A DNA stretch of 13,281 nucleotides, taken from the IMG/VR virus record IMGVR_UViG_2690316028_000002, positions 1 to 13,281 of that record; one strand, written 5' to 3'. The position numbers were made by a program, and so were the translations under genes. This document shows, piece after piece, positions 6,875 to 13,281 of this stretch; the stretch's first letter is position 1; the number at the start of each line of letters is the position of its first letter. The notes beneath the pieces were generated by a model. It made no database searches and had not been told where the DNA came from. It saw only the letters and a list, made by a program, of their open reading frames with translations. This DNA comes from a virus (lineage: Duplodnaviria > Heunggongvirae > Uroviricota > Caudoviricetes).

Positions 6875-8447
6875 CTTGCTCCTCCTCGTTTGATTTTTTC
6901 ACTCCGGCCTCAAAAGCTGCAGCGGCCCATGCCGGTGGTTTCAGACCCGCAGCACGACGCTCCATGGTTTCCCGGACCTGCTGGGCAAAAATCTCCTGAT
7001 AATCATCACCGCGTTTGGCGCACTCTTTTTCATACGTGCTGAGACCTGCCTCAATGAGCATGACGGCCTCCTGTACCTCTTTCAGCCCGTCAATTGCCAT
7101 TCGACCAGAGCCAATCCAGTTGGCATTCCCCCAGGCTGTTCTCGCCTCCTGGAAACTGAACCGGGCTTTCGAAGGAAGCGTGACCACGCGGCGGACAATC
7201 GCCTCTTCAAGCCAGCAAAGAAACATCTGACAGGCCTGTCGGGATGCCACAAACTTGCGACGCCCCATAAAGTACGCCCAGGACTCGTTAGCACTTGCGC
7301 GTGCGGTCGAGTAGCTCATCTGCGAATAGTTTCGCGAAAGCTGCTCATACGACACACCAAGCCCAGCGGCAATATAACGCAGCAGGGACTGTTCAAAAGT
7401 CGAGTAGCCGTTATCGGTATCCTGCGCCGACTGAAGGTTGAGAGAATCACCCGGCAACAGGTGTGGAACCCTTGCCCCACCCAGGCGAACAGGCGCAGCT
7501 GAGTAATAGGACGCCATTTCACCGAGCCAGCCCGTAAGTTTGCTCTGCTGCTCTTTATTATCCGCGCCGAGAATAAAGTCCATCGCCGATTGGGTATCCA
7601 GTTCACTCTCGATGGTAGCGGCATACATAGCCTTCACTATCGCGCTCTGGAGCTGGGTATTTTGCAGGGTATCGAGCATTTTCATCTGCTCCATCACGCT
7701 GTAAAACGCATTGGCCCCACGGGTCTGTCCATCCTCCATCGGTTCGAATACATGGATAAATGAAGGTCGACCGCCGGGTAGTTCGCGAGGAATGTAGGTC
7801 CAGTTCTGCGCCATCCAGCCGGGATAACCATCGTCGCTGACGTAATATCCCAGCGCAGCACCGCTATCATTTATTTTCACACCGGCGCGACAGTTCCGGG
7901 TATCACCGATATTATTCGGATTGCTGACGCGCTTCGGACTGACCATTTTGAACTGAGTACGGAAAAGACGCGTTGAATCGCTGTCCCAGGTCGCCTGCGT
8001 GCATAATTCACCGTTAAACGCGTGCATGGCCACACCTTCTCGGATCATCATCGTAAACGTTCGCTTACGCTCGGCATCAATCCCGCAAAAGTCGTCCTCG
8101 GCATACTCATTCCATGCAGCTTCCACATCCCGCGAGAATGCCCGTGAATCCTCCTCATTTATTCCCAGATAACGCCAGCTTGGTCGATAACTGAGTCTGA
8201 AAAATGACCCGACGATGTGGTCCTGGTGGAGCTGCACGGCGTTTGCCGCGTAGCCATTATTTCGCACCAGATCGTCAGCGCGGGCATTTCCGCGAGAATA
8301 GTTGGGTAGGAGTGCGGCATCTGCACTTTCACTCGGCGGATTCCAGCCTCGCAGCTGCCCACCAAACCCGCCTCCACCGCCATGATATCCTGCGTATTCC
8401 CGAAGGGATGTTTTCCCGTCAGGTCCCACCAAAGATGGTATTTTCAT
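6855..8447 (-). CDS. B: Portal protein (lambda gpB-like)
   Basis: 530-aa ORF containing ...[32 protein letters not shown]..., very similar to lambda gpB. ATGA overlap with the W stop. Confidence 0.97.
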   Translation of the reverse strand: MKIPSLVGPDGKTSLREYAGYHGGGGGFGGQLRGWNPPSESADAALLPNYSRGNARADDLVRNNGYAANAVQLHQDHIVGSFFRLSYRPSWRYLGINEEDSRAFSRDVEAAWNEYAEDDFCGIDAERKRTFTMMIREGVAMHAFNGELCTQATWDSDSTRLFRTQFKMVSPKRVSNPNNIGDTRNCRAGVKINDSGAALGYYVSDDGYPGWMAQNWTYIPRELPGGRPSFIHVFEPMEDGQTRGANAFYSVMEQMKMLDTLQNTQLQSAIVKAMYAATIESELDTQSAMDFILGADNKEQQSKLTGWLGEMASYYSAAPVRLGGARVPHLLPGDSLNLQSAQDTDNGYSTFEQSLLRYIAAGLGVSYEQLSRNYSQMSYSTARASANESWAYFMGRRKFVASRQACQMFLCWLEEAIVRRVVTLPSKARFSFQEARTAWGNANWIGSGRMAIDGLKEVQEAVMLIEAGLSTYEKECAKRGDDYQEIFAQQVRETMERRAAGLKPPAWAAAAFEAGVKKSNEEEQDGARAA

Positions 8448-8650
8448 ACGTAAAACCCTGCTGGCCCCCGGCGTCGTGATGTGGTGCCAACCTGAGATTC
8501 AAGGTCAGCAATATATTTTTTGAGATCGCTGACTGAAGTGGCTGTAAATTCCACTCTTCGACCGTCTTTCTGTACCGTCGCCACGCGCTTTCCCATCATC
8601 AGGTCATGTAACGCAGCGCGCGCGGCATCCAGTTCAGTCTGTGTTGCCAT
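8444..8650 (-). CDS. W: Head-tail joining / head completion protein (lambda gpW-like)
   Basis: 68-aa ORF, the same length as lambda gpW; ...[41 protein letters not shown]...[10 protein letters not shown] matches. Start overlaps the A stop. Confidence 0.94.
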   Translation of the reverse strand: MATQTELDAARAALHDLMMGKRVATVQKDGRRVEFTATSVSDLKKYIADLESQVGTTSRRRGPAGFYV

Positions 8651-10572
8651 TATTCATCTCCAGATAATGCCCGCGCGTAATCCGCCAGGGTCTTGTTATT
8701 GTTACGGCTGCCTTCTTCCTCCAGCAGGCTGGCCAGAAGTGAATCAAGATTTAGCTGCCAGCGGGATATGCTTATACGCAGCGCCGCCAGTGCATAAACA
8801 AAGCAATCGAGCGCCTCATTTCGTCGTTTTTTGCTGTCCCAGACGATCTTTTTCTTTCCGTCTACCCATTTTTCCACCTGCTCTTCAGCTGTTAGTTGTT
8901 GGGCCTCTGTTAGATCGTAGATTTCTGGGTTATTCGGGAAATGAACCGCTCCCGCCAGCGGCTCGTCTCTTTGCGCCACCAGCGTGAAACGGTTATAAAT
9001 CTGCTCTTTTGCGGTGTCTGTTCCTACCTCTGTGAGGTAAACACCATTCTTGTTACGCTTGCGTGGCATGTTCGCCACTGGCTTTCCATAAACCGACGCC
9101 CCCTTTATAGGGATCACACGAAACAGACCGTGTTTTTTTGAGCGGTTGTAGACGATGGTGGGATCAATGCCGCCAATATCCCAGCAAGTGCGGGATATAA
9201 CCATTTCGAGACCGTTCTGGCGCTTATACGTCCTGTTGATCGCTTCATCAACTCGAGCGAGAGTCGACTCATCATCATGACGACCCATAATGATAATTTT
9301 GTCGATAAGCCAGCTTTCCTCTCCCGGCCCCCATCCCCAAACACGCATTTCGTAACGGTCAAGCTGGGAGTCAATACCCGCTGTCAGATATGCCACTCGC
9401 TCCGGCACAGACGCTTCAAAGTGCTCTTTTCGTTCCGCTAAAACTTCAGCATCGGGTCGTTCACCTATTTTCGGTTCCCACGTTTCGCCCAGGGTCGTGT
9501 TAACGAAAGTTTTTCGCTTACCCGTATCACCTTTTGTTTTTATCCAGTCCTTGACGATCTGCACCCAGGTTGTGAACGGGCTATATGCGGTCCAGATGTG
9601 GAATGTAACGCTGTCAGGAGGTTCAATTTCGGTACCGGATGAAGAAAACCAGTTAAGGCCGTCTCGTGTCCAGATACCTGTTTCATCACAAATATACCTG
9701 GCCTCCAGAAATTCCAGCTCCTGTTGTTTAATCACACAGGCATTGTGTTCACAGAGGTAGTAAACGCTGGCAGGTTCTCCCGGAGACCATTTGAAGCCAA
9801 ATGGTGTCTCTTTATCACCGAATTTCAGATACTGCTCTTCCCCACAGTGTGGGCATGGAACATGGAACCGAAGAAAATGTTCAGACTCCTTAGCAGCTCT
9901 TTCTATCTGGCACGTACCTTTGACTTTCGGTGTAGATCCGCGAATGGATTTCGGCCATACAGAACCCTCAATACGCTTATCACCCAGAAAGGTGGGAGAA
10001 CCTTCTTTCTCGATGTCATCATCGAAAGCGGCGAGCTCGTCGTAGCCAGCCACATCAACTGATTTTTCACGGTAGTTTTTTGCAGCCTTACCGCCCAGGC
10101 ACCAGAAACCACGACCATTCGAGAAACGCTTCATGCTCAGCGTATTGTCCCGGTGTTTTTTACCGTACCAGGGAGCAAGCGCCAGCAACGTCGGAATATC
10201 ACGAATGGTCGGTTCTACATGAGACTTCATGAAGTTTTCAGCATCACCGTCGGTTGGTAACCATATTAGGGAGTTACGCTGTTTATGTTGGATGAAATAT
10301 GCGTAAACGCCGAGCAACATTTTTGAGTAGCCGACACGAGCCGATTTAACGACATTCACCTCGCGAATATAGTCATTACCCATCGCATTCATAATTGCAC
10401 GCTGAAATGGCAGTGTTTCCCAGCGCCCTTCCTGGTAGGCAGACTCTTTCGGGAGATAATAATTCTCATCTGCCCATTCAACTGCTGTTTGCGGTTGCGG
10501 CCGGTACAGCGAACGTAACCCCGCCCGCGCAGAGTGCTGCAGCCCCTTAACCTGACTGTTCGATATATTCAC
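8650..10572 (-). CDS. A: Terminase large subunit (lambda gpA-like; ATPase/translocase plus cos endonuclease)
   Basis: 640-aa ORF starting MNISNSQV... with high similarity to lambda gpA throughout. The start codon is GTG at 10572..10570, immediately after an in-frame TGA, so no ATG is available. 26-nt overlap with the Nu1 3' end. Confidence 0.97.
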   Translation of the reverse strand: MNISNSQVKGLQHSARAGLRSLYRPQPQTAVEWADENYYLPKESAYQEGRWETLPFQRAIMNAMGNDYIREVNVVKSARVGYSKMLLGVYAYFIQHKQRNSLIWLPTDGDAENFMKSHVEPTIRDIPTLLALAPWYGKKHRDNTLSMKRFSNGRGFWCLGGKAAKNYREKSVDVAGYDELAAFDDDIEKEGSPTFLGDKRIEGSVWPKSIRGSTPKVKGTCQIERAAKESEHFLRFHVPCPHCGEEQYLKFGDKETPFGFKWSPGEPASVYYLCEHNACVIKQQELEFLEARYICDETGIWTRDGLNWFSSSGTEIEPPDSVTFHIWTAYSPFTTWVQIVKDWIKTKGDTGKRKTFVNTTLGETWEPKIGERPDAEVLAERKEHFEASVPERVAYLTAGIDSQLDRYEMRVWGWGPGEESWLIDKIIIMGRHDDESTLARVDEAINRTYKRQNGLEMVISRTCWDIGGIDPTIVYNRSKKHGLFRVIPIKGASVYGKPVANMPRKRNKNGVYLTEVGTDTAKEQIYNRFTLVAQRDEPLAGAVHFPNNPEIYDLTEAQQLTAEEQVEKWVDGKKKIVWDSKKRRNEALDCFVYALAALRISISRWQLNLDSLLASLLEEEGSRNNNKTLADYARALSGDE

Positions 10573-11092
10573 TCAGCAACCCCGGTATCATTTCATCCAG
10601 CGCAGCTGCCTTGTTCATGGCCTTAATGATGTCCTTCTTGAGGAAATCAATATGTCGGTTCTCCAGCTCCGGGAAGCGCCGCTGAACCGACAGAGGTATT
10701 CCATCGAGAATGCTGGCGATTTCTCCGGCTACCCGCGACAGCACGAACGTGCAGAATGCGGTCTCCACCACTTCAGCGGACTCTTTTGCATTTTTTAATT
10801 CCTGAGCGTCAGCCTGAGCTCGCGTAAGTCGGTGTCGCTCATATTCAATCGTGCCAGGTTGAAGATCGGACTCAGAAGCGATACGGAGATCTTCAACTTC
10901 CTTCCGCAACTTTTCATTTTCTATAGCTGCATCGCGCGCACTGTACCATTCGATTGCAGCAGCAGATTCAAAGAGAACCTCATTACCTTTGCCACCACCG
11001 CGGACAACCGGCATACCTTGCTCCTGCCAGTTCTGAATCGTTCGGACGCTTACCCCGAAAATTTCGGATAAGCGTTTTTTGTTAACCTCCAT
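10547..11092 (-). CDS. Nu1: Terminase small subunit (lambda gpNu1-like; cosB-binding winged-helix N-terminus)
   Basis: 181-aa ORF, the same length as lambda Nu1; MEVNKK...IRTIQNWQEQGMPV.RGGGKGNEV... matches closely. ATG at 11092..11090 is preceded by AGGAG. Confidence 0.96.
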   Translation of the reverse strand: MEVNKKRLSEIFGVSVRTIQNWQEQGMPVVRGGGKGNEVLFESAAAIEWYSARDAAIENEKLRKEVEDLRIASESDLQPGTIEYERHRLTRAQADAQELKNAKESAEVVETAFCTFVLSRVAGEIASILDGIPLSVQRRFPELENRHIDFLKKDIIKAMNKAAALDEMIPGLLSEYIEQSG

Positions 11093-11099
11093 GGCTTAC

Positions 11100-11260
11100 T
11101 CCTGGCAAAAAACAGAGAAAGGAAACAATCAACGGTAAACTTCCGTTTTCCTTGCTCAGCATTTCCTTTCTGGAGAGAGGACGTTTTTAACAAAAACAAT
11201 GAGTAAACAAGAAGAAGAACGGAAATGGCATAAACCAGAAAATTTTCATAAATAGCGAGA
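11100..11260 (-). promoter_or_regulatory. cosB-like terminase-binding region with R-element-like motifs
   Basis: GGAAAC/GTTTCC-type motifs lie at about 11110..11127, 11153..11169 and 11211..11228, separated by an AT-rich segment. The layout parallels lambda R1, R2, (IHF site), R3 as recalled. Boundaries are approximate. Confidence 0.6.
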
Positions 11261-11261
11261 A

Positions 11262-11285
11262 TCTGCGCGGACGCCGCCCCGTAAC
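11262..11285 (-). other. cosN-like nicking site; predicted 12-nt cohesive end 5'-GGGCGGCGTCCG-3' at 11279..11268
   Basis: The minus strand reads TTACG-GGGCGGCGTCCG-CGCAGA; the lambda junction as I recall it is TTACG-GGGCGGCGACCT-CGCGGG. Nick positions are assigned only by analogy. Confidence 0.6.
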
Positions 11286-11302
11286 AAGGCGGATCGCCGG
11301 AA

Positions 11303-11309
11303 AGGACCC
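11303..11309 (-). promoter_or_regulatory. cosQ-like element (minus-strand GGGTCCT)
   Basis: The heptamer sits inside a stretch (CCGGAAAGGACCCG) that matches the lambda right end as recalled, at similar spacing from cosN. Confidence 0.55.
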
Positions 11310-11337
11310 GCAAACGATAATAATTATCAATTGCATA

Positions 11338-12066
11338 CTATCGACGGCACTGCTGCCAGATAACACCACCGGGGAAACATTCCATCATGATGGCCGTGCG
11401 GACATAGGAAGCCAGTTCATCCATCGCTTTCTTGTCTGCTGCCATTTGCTTTGTGACATCCAGCGCCGCACATTCAGCAGCGTTTTTCAGCGCGTTTTCG
11501 ATCAACGTTTCAATGTTGGTATCAACACCAGGTTTAACTTTGAACTTATCGGCACTGACGGTTACCTTGTTCTGCGCTGGCTCATCACGCTGGATACCAA
11601 GGCTGATGTTGTAGATATTGGTCACCGGCTGAGGTGTTTCGATTGCCGCTGCGTGGATAGCACCATTTGCGATAGCGGCGTCCTTGATGAATGACACTCC
11701 ATTGCGAATAAGTTCGAAGGAGACGGTGTCACGAATGCGCTGGTCCAGCTCGTCGATTGCCTTTTGTGCAGCAGAGGTATCAATCTCAACGCCAAGCGTC
11801 ATCGAAGCGCAATATTGCTGCTCACCAAAACGCGTATTGACCAGGTGTTCAACGGCAAATTTCTGCCCTTCTGATGTCAGAAAGGTAAAGTGATTTTCTT
11901 TCTGGTATTCAGTTGCTGTGTGTCTGGTTTCAGCAAAACCAAGCTCGCGCAATTCGGCTGTGCCAGATTTGGCTGGCAGATCACCAGACAGCAACGCGCC
12001 ACGGAAAAACAGCGCATACAGAACATCCGTCGCCGCGCCGGACAACGTGATAATTTTATGACCCAT
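11338..12066 (-). CDS. Hypothetical protein, 242 aa, function unknown; cargo gene in late-operon orientation abutting cosQ
   Basis: ATG at 12066..12064 is preceded by AAGGAAA about 8 nt upstream. TAG stop at 11338..11340 lies 29 bp from cosQ. No motif I can recognise (no Walker A, no obvious catalytic signature). Similarity to the lambda right end stops at this gene. Confidence 0.75.
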   Translation of the reverse strand: MGHKIITLSGAATDVLYALFFRGALLSGDLPAKSGTAELRELGFAETRHTATEYQKENHFTFLTSEGQKFAVEHLVNTRFGEQQYCASMTLGVEIDTSAAQKAIDELDQRIRDTVSFELIRNGVSFIKDAAIANGAIHAAAIETPQPVTNIYNISLGIQRDEPAQNKVTVSADKFKVKPGVDTNIETLIENALKNAAECAALDVTKQMAADKKAMDELASYVRTAIMMECFPGGVIWQQCRR

Positions 12067-12085
12067 GATTTATTTCCTTTTAGAC

Positions 12086-12139
12086 GTGAGCCTGTCGCAC
12101 AGCAAAGCCGCCGAAAGTTAACGGTTTGCCCAGGCTCAC
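12086..12139. repeat. Perfect 9-bp inverted repeat (gtgagcctg ... caggctcac) with a 36-bp spacer, in the 5' leader of the 242-aa gene
   Basis: Arms at 12086..12094 and 12131..12139 are exact reverse complements. The spacer contains a GTTAAC palindrome. The repeat lies about 20 nt upstream of the 242-aa gene start codon. Confidence 0.8.
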
Positions 12140-12438
12140 AACTGAAAGACTTTCTACGGTGTGCGCGTGCGATGCGCGTAGAAGACTGATTTATCAACCT
12201 GTCTTTATATCAGGATTCATTACCTGACTATTTGTGGGTAAAGTTCGTAGTGCGCTGATCGTGCAAAATGATTTTAGTTGGGAACAGTTCGCAACTCTGT
12301 CCCATAAAAATCAGCATATTCCCATCTATCCCATATCCAGCGCATTGACCATCGGGATACTGAAGGGAGATTCCATCATCTCTTAGAAAGATCACCATCT
12401 CTTTTGTTTCAATTTGCATATAGCTACCTGGAGGATTT

Positions 12439-13053
12439 ATGAATACAAGGATTTTCATGGACTATTACCATGAGATTGATTTTCCATCTTTATTCGCGAG
12501 AGCAGTGGAAAGCGATGACGATGTGGGTACTACATTGCGCATTCACCTACTTTGTGAGCGCATGGTCGAAGCATGGATATGCGCATGCTGTGACTGCCAA
12601 GATCTCTTTGGAAGAGATAAAAACAAACTTTTAATCGAATGTAATACTAAAATATCCATGGCGGGAAACCTGGGAATCCCCACGGAACTTATGAAATCAC
12701 TTAAAACCATCAACTCAATGCGTAATGACCTTGCACACAATCCATCAATACAAAGCATTGCTGATTCAAGGATCCAGAGCCTGACGGATACTCTGACTGA
12801 ATACTTTAAACAGCATCCAACGGAACCCAGCATGGAAGAATCAAAACTGGGTATTTTTAACGCCGAGAATCAATTAACCGAAGAAGTTTCCTTAGATAGT
12901 GACAGTTCAAAAAACAGACTTAAGTTAATCTTGCTGTTCAGCAAGTTAATGCAGGCGTTAATGCAATTAGTTGCAGCTAATCATAATGGGCGCTGGGATA
13001 ACCAATTTAGCCAATTCGTTTACCATGTGACCATGAACGCAACAAAGAGATAA
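12439..13053 (+). CDS. Putative HEPN-domain protein (R-x4-H motif), 204 aa; AT-rich moron, candidate abortive-infection or exclusion RNase
   Basis: ATG at 12439 with GGAGG 4 nt upstream; TAA stop followed 5 nt later by a perfect hairpin. Orientation is opposite to the late operon and the gene is visibly AT-rich compared with the structural genes. The protein has ...SMRNDLAHN... (R95-x4-H100) and a Cys cluster (C48, C50, C51, C53). HEPN assignment rests on the motif only. Confidence 0.8.
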   Translation: MNTRIFMDYYHEIDFPSLFARAVESDDDVGTTLRIHLLCERMVEAWICACCDCQDLFGRDKNKLLIECNTKISMAGNLGIPTELMKSLKTINSMRNDLAHNPSIQSIADSRIQSLTDTLTEYFKQHPTEPSMEESKLGIFNAENQLTEEVSLDSDSSKNRLKLILLFSKLMQALMQLVAANHNGRWDNQFSQFVYHVTMNATKR

Positions 13054-13058
13054 ATCTA

Positions 13059-13077
13059 AGCCCGTTTTGTACGGGCT
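13059..13077. terminator. Hairpin between convergent genes (agcccgt-tttgt-acgggct), putative bidirectional terminator
   Basis: Perfect 7-bp stem with a 5-nt loop, 5 nt after the stop of the 204-aa gene and about 10 nt after the stop of the small minus-strand ORF. Flanks are moderately T-rich, more so on the minus strand. Confidence 0.5.
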
Positions 13078-13086
13078 GTTGCATTA

Positions 13087-13218
13087 TCACAGGCACTCAG
13101 TGAATGCCTGCTGTAATGCCGCGATCAGCCAATCAACAATTCTGGCTGCGTCACCTGGCGGAATGGTGAATGCCGGAAGTCTGTGCCATTTGGCTTTTGC
13201 CATCTGTTGCTCCGTCAT
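13087..13218 (-). CDS. Small hypothetical ORF (43 aa, or 38 aa from the second ATG), speculative
   Basis: Hand-translated: MTEQQMAKAKWHRLPAFTIPPGDAARIVDWLIAALQQAFTECL. Bounded upstream by an in-frame stop at 13234..13236. Weak Shine-Dalgarno. Convergent with the 204-aa gene and ends at the shared hairpin. Too short for the ORF track. Confidence 0.25.
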   Translation of the reverse strand: MTEQQMAKAKWHRLPAFTIPPGDAARIVDWLIAALQQAFTECL

Positions 13219-13281
13219 TATCCGTTGCAGGGGTTATTTTTGATTTATCCGCTCAGGGGGATATCCATTATCAAGCCCACC

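Noticed and set aside
11126-11138. IHF-binding site in cosB (aatcaacggtaaa)
   Set aside because: Only a partial match to the IHF consensus WATCAANNNNTTR, since the TTR part is not satisfied. An IHF site is expected in this AT-rich segment by analogy with lambda I1, but I could not place it reliably.
11050-11369. Minus-strand ORFs 11050..11313 (87 aa) and 11187..11369 (60 aa) spanning the Nu1-cos interval
   Set aside because: They overlap the cos site and the Nu1 start region, and their low-complexity translations (FFFLF..., LLLVYSLFLL) reflect the AT- and pyrimidine-rich cosB DNA rather than coding sequence.
12200-12438. Exact -35/-10 promoter call for the 204-aa gene
   Set aside because: Several partial matches exist (for example TTGACC at 12345..12350 and TATAGC at 12419..12424), but none forms a convincing properly spaced pair by eye. 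A promoter is expected here but I could not map it with confidence.
12228-12458. 76-aa minus-strand ORF in the divergent intergenic region, overlapping the start of the 204-aa gene
   Set aside because: No Shine-Dalgarno upstream of its start, and it overlaps the ribosome-binding site and start codon of the better-supported plus-strand gene. An AT-rich promoter region easily yields chance ORFs. A small protein or sRNA here cannot be fully excluded.

Overview
This 13.3-kb window is the DNA-packaging, head and tail morphogenesis arm of a lambda-like (lambdoid) phage or prophage from an enterobacterial-type host. Identification is by protein similarity to phage lambda recalled from memory; no database search was run. 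All structural genes lie on the minus strand in canonical lambda order, reading from high to low coordinates: cosQ/cosN/cosB, Nu1, A, W, B, C (with nested Nu3), D, E, FI, FII, Z, U, V, G, T (frameshift frame), and the 5' part of H, which runs off the window start. Genes are tightly packed with the short overlaps typical of translational coupling. Above cosQ (coordinates >11.3 kb) the sequence stops resembling lambda and carries cargo: a 242-aa unknown protein in late-operon orientation ending 29 bp from cosQ, and a divergently oriented, visibly AT-rich 204-aa gene with its own Shine-Dalgarno and terminator hairpin. That 204-aa protein has an HEPN-type R-x4-H motif and a cysteine cluster, and is the best candidate for an undescribed accessory (possibly abortive-infection or exclusion) function. 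No tRNA, rRNA, CRISPR array, integrase or transposase is visible.
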